Shown: positions 1-17,573, counted from the stretch's first letter. The stretch: 64,000 nucleotides of DNA from Octopus vulgaris (GCA_951406725.2 OX597830.1:63984001-64048000); one strand, 5' to 3'. The notes: generated from the letters alone by a model not told the origin. Made by a program: numbers and translations.

Positions 1-122
1 TCTACCAAATCCACTCATAAGGCTTTGGTCGGGCTGAGGATATAGAGTAGAAGGCGTTTGCTCAAGTGGACTGAAACTAGGATCATGTGATTGGAAGGCA
101 AGCTTCTTACCACACAGCCAAA

Positions 123-196
<74 letters not shown>

Positions 197-272
197 TGTA
201 TGTATGTATGTATGTATGTGTGTGTGTATGTATATATTATACACATATACATATATATACATACATACATAC

Positions 273-324
<52 letters not shown>

Positions 325-502
325 CATGTATGTATATATATGTATGCATGTATATATATATATGTATATATATATATATGTATGTATGTATATATATATG
401 TATATATATGTATATATGTATATATATATATATATGTATGTATATATATATATGTATGTATGTATATATATATATGTATATATATGTATATATATATATA
501 TG

Positions 503-533
<31 letters not shown>

Positions 534-564
534 GTATATATATATATGTATATATATATGTATG

Positions 565-682
<118 letters not shown>

Positions 683-1158
683 CTTTCTCTCTCTCCCCAC
701 TCTCTCTCTCTCTTTCTCTCACTCAATATATATATATATATATATATATGTTGCAGCCGAGTTGACTGGAGGATCGGGAAGTGTTTCGTTTAAGAACGCA
801 ACGTACTGCCGGTCTGAGAGTCGAAACCGCGATCTTGCGATCGTGTGTGCAACGCTAATCATTAGACCGTACACACTCGCATGTATGTATGTATGTACGT
901 ATGTACGTACGTATGTATGTATGTATGTATGTATGTATGTATGTATGTTGTGTGTATGTGTATATATGTATGTATATGTATGCGTGTGTGTATGTATGTA
1001 TGTATGTGTGTATGTGAGTAAAGAATTAAATCTAATAATTATTTATCTCCAGCTGTGAAAAATACATATTTAAAGAAATAAAAAAAAAACTCTACACTGA
1101 AGTTGCCGAACAAATATACATTCAGTTCTTCGAGACCGAAGACGAGTGATTGCCCATA

Positions 1159-3480
<2,322 letters not shown>

Positions 3481-3755
3481 CTAGGTTAAGCAGTTACTCG
3501 CCACACACCCAAAGTCTACGCATACACACACGAACACACACATGCACACACACACACTACAAACAACACACACACATGATACATATACTTACACGCACAC
3601 ACATATACCCCTTTGTTTTTCGACCTGGTTTTGACGTCGCTGGATACAAAAAAGTGCCACTCCTTTATGACAGCTGGCTTGCCATGCCTATTATTCATAC
3701 ATACATACATACACACACACACACGCACGCACGCACAAACACACTTGTCATCCTT

Positions 3756-3801
<46 letters not shown>

Positions 3802-4607
3802 CCACACACATTCCTTGTCTTTGAAACTCTCTTGTTTTTAAAAATCATGATTCGTCTACCTTTCAACTTCTGTTCTTTCAACATGTGATCTCTTGAGCAC
3901 CACCAGCAAAAATATTTTTTTCCTCTGTCTTCCCTTCTCGGGATCTTTCCTTCTCCTTTGCTTCCGACGAAGAGCTCGAAACGTTAAACCCTCCTTCCCT
4001 TCTTTCCTGAGCGTCAAATAATACTTTAATTGTTCCACGTCCTCGCGTTGCTGTGTTTTTTTCTGTGTTTTCTTGTTTGGATTAACTTTATGTATATATA
4101 TATATATATATTATAAGCCATTGGCTGCGAATGATCCGTGTTGTGCATTCGTCGCAAATATTGTGCTCTTTGGATAGTGTTGTTTGGTAATACTGAGCGA
4201 GAGATTCAAATATCATCTGGTTCGCGTTCATTTCTCTCGAAACAAACTTCAATTTGTTCGGATTTATAGGTTTTAAACGTAGGAGATCACGATTCTGAAA
4301 AAAGAGAAAAATAATTTCTTTTACTTAGAACTTTAAATTTCTTTTTGTATTCTTTGGGGAAAAGTGTTTTTATTTGTAACGAAAGTCCGCCAGATTTGTG
4401 AAAGTAAATTTACGCATTATAATCGTAATATCCAACGAAAAAAAAATTAATTAATTGACAAATAAATAAATGAATAAATAAATAACGAAAAAGAAGTCGA
4501 AAGCTCAAAATCTTCAAAACGTTTGTTGGAAGAACAAAAATGAAAACAACTAAAATTTAGAATTGCTTTTCTAGCTTTGCTTTGTTTTTTGTAATTGTTC
4601 AGATTAG

Positions 4608-4665
<58 letters not shown>

Positions 4666-5296
4666 AAGAAAATTAAGGGGAGATAAAAACTCTTTTACTC
4701 TATTTGCTTCAGTCATTTGACTGCGGCCATGCTGGAGCACTGCCTTTGGTCGAGCAAATCGACCCCAGGACTTATTCTTTGTAAGCCCAGTACTTATTCT
4801 ATCGTTCTCTTTTGCTGAACCGCCAAGGCTACGGATACGTAAACACACCAGCATCGGTTGTCAAGCGATGTTGGGGGACAAACACACAAACACACACACA
4901 CACACACACACACACCACCGAACACCCGATGTCCCTTTGCTACTTTTACTACTTATCTCCCCCATAATTATTATTTACTTTTTTATATCACTAAACTGAA
5001 CAATTACCATTATTTTATTCTTTTATTTCAGTCATTTGACTGCGGCCATGCTGGAACACCGTCTTTAGTTGAAAAAAATCGACCGCAGGACTTATTGTTT
5101 GTTAGCCTAGTACTTATTCTATCGTCCCTTTTGCCGAGTCACTGAGTTACGGGGGACGAAAATACACAAACATCGGTTGTCAAGCGATGGTGGGGGGACA
5201 AACAGAGACACACAAACATTTACATAAATACACACACACACACACATATATATATATGTGAAAGAAGCTTGTCATATATATATATATATATATATG

Positions 5297-5327
<31 letters not shown>

Positions 5328-5435
5328 TAATCTAAACAAGAAAGCACAAAAATCGATTACCCTCTCCCCCAAATTTCAGGCCTTGTGCCTATAGTAGAAA
5401 AAGATTTTAATAGCATACAAGTAAAACGAATAAAA

Positions 5436-5470
<35 letters not shown>

Positions 5471-5668
5471 ATCCAAACATGAAAACACAAAGAAAAGACA
5501 CAACAACGCGAGGACGTGGAACAAATATAGTATTATTGGACGCTCAGGAAAGAATTAAAAAGGACGGTTTAACGTTTCAAGCGGAGCTCTTCGTCGGAAA
5601 CATAGGAGAAGGAAAGATTCAGAGAAGGGAAGACAGAGGGAAAAAAATCGCCGACGGTACACACGAGG

Positions 5669-5811
<143 letters not shown>

Positions 5812-6662
5812 TATATATAGATAGATATAGATATAGATATAGATGACAGGCCTCTTTTAATTTCCGTCTACCAAATCATTCACAAAGCTTTGGTCAGTCT
5901 CAAGACACTTGCCCAAGGTGCCACGCAGTGGGACTGAACCTGGAACTATGTGGTTGATAAGCAAGCTACTTACCACACAGCCGCTCCAGCATTTTGTTGT
6001 TATTGTTGTTGTTGCAGACTCACAAAACATAATCTTTAAAAAACAGAAAATAAAAAACTAGGAAGGAAGAATGTCATTAAAAAGATGCTGAAAGATGGCG
6101 GGGCTGAAGTACAATAATATTGAAAGTACAAATATTGATTTTTGTTTTTGTAAAATCGTGATCTCCGATGTTTAAAGCATACAAATCCAAAGAAATTGTC
6201 GTTTTTGACAAACTAAATAATTTCCGACTTTATTGTATTACTCTTTGGTCAACTACTTTGTGTTCGAAATAAAGGGTGGATGGTCGTGGCTGGAATGCAT
6301 TTCATATGTCATCACCTTAATTCTACTATATACATACGTATACATATGCTCACCATCCCACATAATTATATATTTAAAAAAATTTGATTCATATTTTTAT
6401 ACTCAAAGTCAATATTTATGATTTGTACTTAGTGTCCTCAAGGGGAGAGAACTGCTTTAGGATTTGTATCTTATCCTTCGTTTTTTTTTTCCTTATCTTG
6501 AGAGGCCTTTTTCTATGAGTGAAAGGGTTTCCATATTTCCATAAAATCCATTTACTGGACCAACCCCCCCAAAAAAATGGCTAAAAAGATCTTTACCTAA
6601 ACGAATAAGTGCTACTCAAAATATCACAATTTCCACACATTTCGTCGTCGTCATCGTCATCG

Positions 6663-6696
<34 letters not shown>

Positions 6697-7312
6697 CCAT
6701 TATCGTGGTCATCGTTCAAACGTTTCCCTTTCTCTGGTTTGCATAGATTCAGGCGGAATTCATTGAGACAGAATTTCTGCAGAAGAACGCCGCCGCCCTT
6801 CTGTGACTGGACAATATCTTTCACTGAAAAAAAAAAAAAAAAAAAAATAACGACACCGCTTGTGTTATGGTGATGCACATTTACAGCTGTCTCACGGTGT
6901 CAAAACAAGGAAACACGAATAAACATTACCCCCACTTCTTAGAAAATAAATTGTGTCTAACCATAGCAAACATAAATAAAGGTAAACAAACAAAAAAAAA
7001 GACACCCTTCGATCATAAATGAGCATGGGATTGCACCTAGAAAGTTACTCTTCGAGGTACAAGTCTGAGTAAAGTTAATGGAAGACCTCAACACACAGCC
7101 CGGTTCGGGAATCGAACTCACTACTTCATGATTGTGAGCCCGACCCTCTAACCACTGAGCAATGCGCCTTCATGCAAACGCGAATAAGGAGACGCTCAGA
7201 AAAAAAAAATAGGTGATGATGATGATGATGATGATATCTGAAGGTGTGGAAATCGTGATGTTTACTCAACGGCTGATGATGGGAAGCACTTTGTTGTTGT
7301 AGTTGTGGCGTG

Positions 7313-7625
7313 TGTAGGTGTGTGTGGCCTAGTGGTTATTGTGTTGCGCTCACGAGTGCCAGAGAGTAGGTTCGATTCTCAGACCTGTGGCACATTGCGA
7401 CCTTGAGCAAAACACTTCATTTCACGTTGCTCCAGGCCACTCGGCCGTATGTGAGGTAAATCTGCAACGGGGTAGCGTCGCGTTTTGGGGTGGATTGAGA
7501 ATATTGGTCTACCTGCCTATTTAGCGGTGTAGTATCATTCAGAAGATACAACAATACGACGAAGTGCATTGTGATCAGCGGTGTATAACAGTCTCCGATA
7601 ATCTCGTTGATACAGTGATTTACAT
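7313..7625 (+). mobile_element. Older tRNA-derived CORE-type SINE family 4
   Basis: gtggcctagtggtta (box A), ggttcgattc (box B), ccttgagcaaaacactt..gttgctccag. Relatives at 748-880-, 6995-7172-, 45460-45775-. Confidence 0.7.
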
Positions 7626-7631
7626 ACATAC

Positions 7632-7680
<49 letters not shown>

Positions 7681-7957
7681 CACACACACATATAGGGAGA
7701 GAGGGTTGCAGGTGTGTCGGTATGTATTCTCTGTTCTAATAAGGATGGTTGAGAATATATAATGGACAAGTATATAAAATTATTCTCATGTTAAAATTCA
7801 AATGGATTTAACGAGATTTATGGTTGTAACTCTTTACACATATAAATACATAAAAACATAGACATATGCCTACTCTCTCTCTGTCAGATACACACATATA
7901 TACATGAATTTACATATATGCATACATGCATAAAAAATATACACATTCATGTATATA

Positions 7958-7997
<40 letters not shown>

Positions 7998-8008
7998 TCA
8001 TATATATA

Positions 8009-8234
<226 letters not shown>

Positions 8235-8471
8235 CAAAATTAGAAAATGGAGATGTTTCTCCATTTTCTAATTTTGTAGAATTAATTTACGGTAATATTT
8301 TTACCTTTGCCAATATAATACAGTAGATGGACTAATTGCTTGGCAATTTTTAACATTTATGTATTAGTCTTGTTGGGTACCTCTCTAGCAGTATATTGGA
8401 TATATGTTATCCCATGGTGGGTTGACTTTTCAACCCCTATCTCATTTTATAACTAATATGTATATATACAT

Positions 8472-8517
<46 letters not shown>

Positions 8518-8602
8518 ATATGTATATATATATATGTGTATATATATATATATATATATACATACATATATATATATATATATACATACATATATATATA
8601 TA

Positions 8603-9078
8603 TATACGCTCCTTGGAGCGTAGGCGGGAAAGATATGCCATAATATACATCTGGAAGATCCTGGAGGGACGTGTCCCAAACTTTGGCATCGAGAGTTACA
8701 CAAATGCCAGAACTGGGCGCCACTGCGTGGTGCCTAGGACTCCAAATTTGCCATCAAGATGTAGGACAAGATACTGTGATAGCCTGGGCTTCCGTGGCCC
8801 ACAGCTCTTCAATATCCTCCCGAAGAACCTGAGAGACCTGCATGGGGTGGATGCAGATGTCTTTAAAATGGAACTGGATCTCTTCCTGGCAGGTGTCCCA
8901 GATGAACCAACTTCACGGCAGGAGGTGCAGATGGAGGCAGCTGCATCGAACTCTCTCATGCACCAAATGGGAGTTGCTAAAAAGCTTTCGTGAAGTAAAA
9001 CCAAGTAGCAACACCAAATGGCGGTGCCCCAGCATGGCCACAGCTCATGAGCTGAAACTAGAATCAATCAATCAATCA
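8603..9078 (+). mobile_element. CR1/L2-type LINE 3' end with (AATC)n tail
   Basis: [49 protein letters not shown], stop at 8993, short 3'UTR, gaatcaatcaatcaatca. Confidence 0.85.
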
Positions 9079-9251
9079 TACACATATATATACCTACATT
9101 TACATATACATAAATTCATACATGAACACACATTTACTTACACATACCCCACACACTTAGACAAGAAAAAAATATTATTACAGATAAACAAAGGATGCAT
9201 ACAATCAGATGACGTGTACAGACACGAAGACTATATATATATATATATAAA

Positions 9252-9305
<54 letters not shown>

Positions 9306-10099
9306 TATTATTACCTGGAGCCACGTTGAGCAGCATTGAGTGAAATATAGTTGTGTACAATCATATTTAATATGTTCGTGTATGTTCGGACATGAAATAA
9401 CAATACGCTGCCCAAAATCTCTTCAGAGAGGAGAAATTGTCCTTATATTCAATAGTGGTATAAACACACCTAGAGACCACGAATGACGTCAACAGACCGT
9501 AGGACGCATGTGTTTCTGCGTTGTCACACTTCATTAGCTGCGCATAGTAGACCATTGTCCGTAAGTGCAGTGAGCTTTGGGCTCATCAACAAAAGTATTA
9601 TTTGCTATTATAATATAAGGATGACTAGGCGCCATTGACGATGATATTATATACGTCGCTGATGAAACGCAGAGATGCAGAAATTCATGTGTATTAAGAT
9701 TCGATGGCACCATTCATAGCTTAGATGTGTGTGTTAATGTACATGTTGGTTAGAAGGGAAAGTTCTTCTCACTGGACGGTATTGTCTTGCCATGTTCCAT
9801 GTCCGAATTTAGACAAACATGTTACATAAAACTATAAATGACTGAGAAATATGTTGATGAACTTTTATTTAATAATAAAACAAATTCTAATATCATGACA
9901 AATTGTTTCGTAACTCAAAAACATGTAAATAATTTATATTTAATAATAAATGAATTCCTTACATGTCTGCGTTATCCTTTTCTCTTATATATCACCACAC
10001 ACACACACACACACACATATTTATGTGTGTGTTTTGTAGAATGACACATTAGGGAGCTTGTAACTTAAATTTATATATATATATATATATATACATATA

Positions 10100-10213
<114 letters not shown>

Positions 10214-10603
10214 GGCGTAGGAGTAAGTAGCTTGCTTACCAACCACATGGTTCCGGGTTCATTCCCACTACGTGGCACCTTGGGCAAGTGTCTTCTACTA
10301 TAGCCTCGGGCCGACCAAAGCCTTGTGCGTGGATTTGGTAGACGGAAACTGAAAGAAGCCCGTTGTATATATGTATATATATGTGTGGGGGGTGTATGTT
10401 TGTGTGTCTGTGTTTGTCCCCCCCAACATCGCTTGATAACCGATGCTGGTGTGTTTACGTCCCCGTAACTTAGCAGAAAGTACTAGGCTTACAAAGAATA
10501 AGTCCTGGGGTCGATTTGCTCGACTAAAGGCGGTGCTGCAGCATGGCCGCAGTCAAATGACTGAAACAAGTAAAAGAATACATATGTACATATGCATATA
10601 TAC

Positions 10604-10663
<60 letters not shown>

Positions 10664-10670
<7 letters not shown>

Positions 10671-11534
10671 AAAAATGGTAAATAATTTTCCTGTGGTTTT
10701 TCATGTAACCAACAATTATTTACCGGTAAATTTCGGTATGTAAATACGACAAAATAATTGTCAAGACCTTTGTAAGGTTCAGTATATAGTAAAGAAAAAT
10801 AAGTTGGCTAGCAGCGAGCTGTTTCGCCTCATACCGAAGGAATTAGAAATGGCAGTCAAAGACCGTTTTTTCCATTTCTATAAGTGGAGATTCCAAAAAC
10901 GAAGGCCCTTGCGGCTCACATACACAAAACCGGAGTGGCAAATATACGAATTCAGTCACCTACCGTTAATAGCGAACACGGTGTTTCTGGATCACAAACA
11001 TATAAAAAAAGGGGAGTTTGAATTCCGTCATCAGCGCTATATTCGTTAGCTTTATCAAATGCCACCAGCCCTCACTTCTGACCCAGCGACATCAGATAGT
11101 GGGGGAAAGTGCGCAGATCTTAAAACCAAGTAACGACTGGGAACGTAAATTTTCCCTCCAAAATTCTGCCAAGCGCGCCTTCTGGGTAATCGTAATGGAA
11201 TGAGGAATCCACATGGTAATACAATAAAAATGGTAAATAATTTTCCTGTGGTTTTTCATGTAACCAACAATTATTTACCGGTAAATTTCGGTATGTAAAT
11301 ACGACAAAATAATTGTCAAGACCTTTGTAAGGTTCAGTATATAGTAAAGAAAAATAAGTTGGCTAGCAGCGAGCTGTTTCGCCTCATACCGAAGGAATTA
11401 GAAATGGCAGTCAAAGACCGTTTTTTCCATTTCTATAAGTGGAGATTCCAAAAACGAAGGCCCTTGCGGCTCACATACACAAAACCGGAGTGGCAAATAT
11501 ACGTTGGTTTTAACATCTGCGCACTTCCCCCCAC

Positions 11535-11536
<2 letters not shown>
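10664..11536 (-). mobile_element. Non-coding Penelope pLTR / retrozyme-like element: 555-bp unit in about 1.5 tandem copies plus a 33-bp inverted tail
   Basis: 10664-10948 repeated at 11219-11503 with no difference seen by eye; 11504-11536 is a near-perfect reverse complement of 11096-11129; hammerhead at 10969-11040 (-). Confidence 0.75.
10969..11040 (-). ncRNA. Type I hammerhead ribozyme-like motif
   Basis: Reverse complement: atagcg-CTGATGA-cgga.tcaaac..gtttg..tcca-GAAA-cac-c-gt-GTT-cgctat; stem I 6 bp, stem III ACAC/GTGT. Confidence 0.72.
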
Positions 11537-11572
<36 letters not shown>

Positions 11573-11680
11573 CATTATATATATATATGTATATATATAT
11601 ACATTATATATATATATTATATATATACATTATATATATATATGTATATATATACATTATATATATATATATATATATAC

Positions 11681-11717
<37 letters not shown>

Positions 11718-12027
11718 ATAATAATATTAGGGAGTAAATCCAAACTTACAGGGAAAAATTAGATTTAGGATTAAATCTAATTTTATAGTATAAATATATA
11801 TTATATAATATATTGTATTAAATTAGAAATAAAACCACTATTAGGCAAATCAAACAGTGAAAGTCATAAGCCAATTTCGTAAATTATGGAATTTACAGGT
11901 AAGATAGAACCGCTAATTTGGAATTCATCTTTGAAGGATATTCCAATACCTTCTAGAATTACTATGTATTGGCTTATGATTTTCACTGTTTGATTTGCCT
12001 AATAGTGGTTTTATCTCTAATTTAATA

Positions 12028-12068
<41 letters not shown>

Positions 12069-12724
12069 CAAAATTAGAAAATGGAGAAACATACTTAAAT
12101 CAATCAAACATCAACCATCAGATGATACCCAATCAATACTTTATTACACCATTACATAACAGTAAAGGCATTATACAAAATATATTGTAAATATAATTAG
12201 ACAAGGAAATAGAAATATAAAATATATATATATACATGTACATACATATGCGTATTGTATATATATATATATTTATAGGATAACCCTTCATTTTATGATC
12301 AGAAGATAAAAGTGGAAAACTAGAGTACATAATCAATAATAATCGCCAGGTTTTAAAAAAGAACATGAGAAATGGTTGTGATGTGGTAATAGTGAATGCT
12401 GGGATTAAAATTTTGAGAAACCGTGTTTATTGTTGGGTGTGAAATCTTAAGCTCTGTTATTTGCAAACATAGGAAAGGAAAGAAAGTAGACACATTAGAC
12501 ACCAGGAAAGTATACGAAGGAGACACATTAAGTTTTGAAAGAAACTAATGAAGAAAAAGGGCGTTGTGCCTATTCTGTCATTCAGAAAGGCGGCACTAAA
12601 GCAAGTCAACATTTCCCCGTTCAATTTATGATTACATATTGAAAGGTCGCCACACTCATATACACGCACGCTCACACACACACACACACACACATGCTTA
12701 TGTACATATGCATGTACGTATGCA

Positions 12725-12778
<54 letters not shown>

Positions 12779-13268
12779 TGATTAGCAAAAGTCACAGTGA
12801 CTCAAGGTCCGAGAATTGTGCCAACACACGAAACTCTTGCTTCTTGGGTTTGTAACTTTTGCCAATTATATATACATGCATCAAACATACATGCATCATA
12901 ATACGTACATACATACATACATACATACATACATACATACATACATACATAATAATACATACATACATACCTACTTACATAATACGTACATACATACATA
13001 ATACATACATACATAATTCGTACATACATACATATAAATACATACATAATACATACATACATAATATACATAAATACATACATACATAATACATACATAA
13101 TACATACATACATAATACATACATACATAATACATACATACATAATACATACATACATAATACATACATACATAAATACATACATACATACATACATACA
13201 TACATACATACATACATACATACATACATACATACATACATACATACATACATACATACATAATACAT

Positions 13269-13330
<62 letters not shown>

Positions 13331-13345
13331 ACACACATATACACA

Positions 13346-13980
13346 TAAAGGTTTAGGTTTCGGCCAGTAAAGCTATCGTCGGACTATTTATGATTTGGTT
13401 CTGCTAATAATGCTTCTGTCCAGTTTGGAAGGATTTATAAATCTGAGACCAATGATTACTATTGTAGTTTGGTTTGTGGTCTTTCATCGTTATTATATTC
13501 AGGCATTTTTGGTGTTAATGTGTCTACTCCATTATCTATTTTACGTTTTGTGGCTCTTTCTTCGGCTGTGGTGTTTAAAACTGCATATTTTGTTTGGTTG
13601 TTGTAAATATATTTTAGAAAATGAGTCACAAAGCGGTTACAAGTGATTCTCCTTATCTGGTAGAGATCGTCTGCCAAAATATATTATGGCTTGTTGTTAT
13701 GCGGTTGATTTTCTATTTCAGTTCTTTTTGCAGTTTAGTTGGGTCGCATTTTTGAATATTATTTGCTTCATCATTGCGAACAGGTCATCTTCGAAGGGTT
13801 TTTAACAGTGGGTTGGGAGATCGATATTTGACTGTCTAGAATCCATATATATTGGTAGGTCGTTTTATTTTTAATTTGGTCTTTTTCTAATTGATAGATT
13901 TGTCCAGTCTTTTGATAAAACTTTGTTTTTTGCAGTAGTGTTTTTACATGTTTTTTGGTAGGTACTGGTATAGTTTAAGA
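13346..13980 (-). mobile_element. Degenerate Penelope-like element (N-terminal/RT region) ending in a hammerhead-like motif
   Basis: Minus-strand translation with frameshifts: PFEDDLFAMMKQIIFK..LQKELK, MKDHKPNY..RFINPSK; tagt-CCGACGA-tagc..ggcc-GAAAc at about 13357-13388. Confidence 0.7.
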
Positions 13981-14778
13981 CGCGGTCATAAAAAAAAACC
14001 CAGTGTACGAGGTGTAAAAAGATGTGTAGAAAACGAATATGAAAACAAAAATTTGCGCAAACGAACGGAGTGTGAGTGGGCAAAGGACTTTTGGAAATTT
14101 CAGAAGATCTGATTTTTCCCTCATAACTTTCAGGGAAATGGATATATATTAATAAAATTTTATAGAAATATTGTTCACATATCACAGATTACGATTATAA
14201 AGCAATATCGATAAATTTTGGGAAGTACACCCGCACGCGTTTCACTAAGGAAACAATCCTTCCCGCAAAGCAAATTAAAAAAAATTGGGTATTCTTTGTG
14301 GAGGGGTAAAAGTGGTAACAAGAACAGAACGGTAAGAACAAAACAAGACAGTAAAAACAATTACTTGTTTTGTTCTTACTGTCCTGTTCTTGTTACCACT
14401 TTTACCCATCCGCAAAAAAACCCCAATTTTACTTAATTTGCTTTGCGGGAAAGATTGTTTCAATGAAGTCGCGTCTTATCCTTACCTTCGAAACGCGGAG
14501 TAGACGAAACAGGGATAACTGAAGAAGGGGAATATTCCTTGTGTTGTATGTTTTGTACTCTGTTTTTTTCGTTGTTTGAAAAAAAGTTCGTTTCCATGTT
14601 TTTGTTTTTACGTTTTCGTTTCTCATTGTGTTCAACGTTTTTTGATGTCCTGTACCCATATATGCATGTATATGTACATATATGCATATATTTATATATT
14701 ATTTATATTATTATATGATCGAACGCCACGCATCCTTTTCCTAGTAAGTTTTATCTATCTATCTATCTATCTTTCAAA

Positions 14779-14985
14779 ATGTGACCTCGTGTGTACCGTT
14801 GGCGAGTTTTTTCCCTCTGTCTTCCCTTCTCTGGATCTTTCCTTCTCCTATGTTTCCGACGAAGAGCTCCGCTCGAAACGTTAAACCCTCCTTCTTTCCT
14901 TCTTTCCTGCGCGTCCAATAATACTATATTTGTTCCACGTCCTCCCGTTGTTGTGCTTTTTGTGTTATCTTGTTTGGATTAACTT
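14779..14985 (+). mobile_element. ~205-bp hammerhead-bearing dispersed repeat, family A (pLTR-like). Other copies: 3883-4090 (+), 5466-5672 (-), 41333-41540 (+), 54387-54525 (+)
   Basis: Five recognisable copies sharing gttt-CYGACGA-a-gagc-tcc-gctc-GAAA-c-GTT-aaac and ending ttgtttggattaact, each abutting (AT)n or (ATCT)n. Confidence 0.8.
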
Positions 14986-15021
14986 TATCTATCTATCTAT
15001 CTATCTATCTATCCTATCTAT

Positions 15022-15202
<181 letters not shown>

Positions 15203-16220
15203 TGTATGTATGTATGTATATATATATATATATATATATATAGTAAAAAGAAATTCCACTGATTCTGGGATAGGGATGGGCTCTCACAAACTTTTTTTCC
15301 GAACAAAAATATGGGGTTTCTAGCATATTAGGAGGTCAGGGTACTTGATTCCACGAAAAAACTTAGCTTTTTTTCTTTCTTAGAGAAACGTGTGCGGGTG
15401 TACTTTCCAAAATTTACCAAAATTTCTCGGGAAAATTTTTTCCGAAGGAGTGGGGAGAGGACTTTCGGAAAATTCACACGTTCCGATTTTTTCCACCATA
15501 AGTTTCAGGAAAATGGATATCTTTTAATGAAATTTTACAGAAACACTTTTCAAACGGAATAGATTACGATTATAAAGAAATTTGTGGTGGAAATATTTTC
15601 CTAAAAGGTATGAGGGAAAAAATCGGATCGTGTAATTTTTCAGAATGTCCTCGACCCATCCACTCCCTGTGCGTTTGCGCAAATTATTGTTTTCATATTC
15701 GTTTTCTACACACTTTTTTTTTTTTTACACCTAGTAGACTTGTTTACATTTTGGTTTTGGTGACCGGGTGCTAAACTAGATCCTGAAAGTTTTAACGGGA
15801 AAAAAACCCCCAGATCGTGTGAATTTTCCGATAGTCCCCACCCCTGGGGAAATTTTTTCCCCCATAAATTTCTTTATAATCGCAATCTGTGCCATTTGAA
15901 CAGTATTTCTATAAAATTTCATCAATATATATCCATTTTCCTGAAAGATATGAGGGAAAAACCAAATCTTGTGAATTTTCCGAATGTCTCCTCCCCATCT
16001 CACTCTCTATTCGTTTGCGCAATTGTTTGTTTTTGTATTCGTTTTCAATACATTTTTTTACACTAAACAGGTTTTTTTCTTTGTTCTCGAGACCGGGTCT
16101 TACCTGTTTTTCACAGACATGTATTGGTTGTGTCTGCATTTTTGACTGTTTTTCAGTTAATGTTATGCATGCACTTACATCGGAACACAGTTATCATGGT
16201 AATGATTGTGTATATATATA

Positions 16221-17095
16221 TAAACTTAGATAAACTTAGATATGTTTCGACCAAAGATTGGTCCAGGCCATGTCTAACTTAATAGCACCACCTGATAGGA
16301 TTATTCGAATCCTGTTTAAGTCAAGTTTTGTTTATGGTCCATTCAAGTAGTGAGTTTTTGTTGGGTGAGTTGTATCCAATTATGGGTGGCTTATCTGGTA
16401 TTCCTTGAAGGAATCTATCCAGACTCCGTTTAAAGTTGATGGGATCCTGTTCCTCTTTGATCTCTTTCGGGACAATGTTAAATAGGGCAGGGCCTGTTGA
16501 GGAAAAGAAATTATGTTGTAGTGTACATGTATGCTGTGATCTTGAATTGGGCAGGGGACGTATGGCCCGTTGTCCCAGTCTTGGATGAACCTTGAAGCTA
16601 ATGTTAAGGTCGTTTGGGCAAAGTTGGCGGTATATTCTCCACATCGTACAAATGATGTACCGCTCACGGCGACGCTGGAGAGAATAGAGTTTCAAGGCTT
16701 TAAGGCGATCCCAATAATCGAGAGCAGCCATGCCTTCAATTCGTTTAGTGAGTGCTCTCTGGGGTGATTCAATCCTCGAGATGTTTTGTCTTGTATGGGG
16801 AGACCACAGTGGGCAGCAGTATTCGAGGTGTGGCCGTACAAAGGAGGAGAAAAGTGGTATGATGACACCTTGTTCTCTGGACCGGAAAGTTCTTAAGATC
16901 CAGGAACTCATCCTACGAGCTATATCGACCTTCTTGTTGATGTGTGCACTCTAACTAAGATCGTCATCAACAATTACACCCAGGTCTCTGATATTGTTAG
17001 AGGCTGTGAGCGGTTCCCCTGAAGGAAGAGAGTATGGCTGTTTTAGTGAGGAATTTCTACCAAATTGCATCAGCTCAAATTTTCCCTCGTTCAGT
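16221..17095 (-). mobile_element. CR1/L2-type LINE 3' end (RT C-terminus)
   Basis: WILRTFRSR..LFSSFVRPHLEYCCPLWSPH..YWDRLKALKLYSLQRRRERY..FKRSLDRFLQGIPDKP; tail repeat tctaagttta x2. Confidence 0.88.
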
Positions 17096-17256
17096 TGCAT
17101 TTTGTTTCTGTCTGCCCATTGACTCACAGCATATAGATCAGACTGGACATATATATATGTATATATATATATGTATGTATATATATATATGTATATATAT
17201 GTATATATATATATATATATGTATTTATATATATGTATGTATATATATATAGTATG

Positions 17257-17307
<51 letters not shown>

Positions 17308-17316
17308 ATATATATG

Positions 17317-17355
<39 letters not shown>

Positions 17356-17368
17356 ATATATATGTATG

Positions 17369-17455
<87 letters not shown>

Positions 17456-17490
17456 ATATATATGTATGTATATATATATATATACCTATA

Positions 17491-17573
<83 letters not shown>

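Noticed and set aside
7313-7390. Functional tRNA genes at SINE heads
   Set aside because: Box A and B are present but the cloverleaf is incomplete and runs directly into the SINE body.
9655-9705. CTGATGA...GAAA possible hammerhead
   Set aside because: No convincing stem I or stem III pairing.
10804-11715. Duplicated ORF MASSELFRLIPKELEM...
   Set aside because: Starts at TTG, lies antisense to the hammerhead element and has no recognisable domain; the duplication is explained by the direct repeat.
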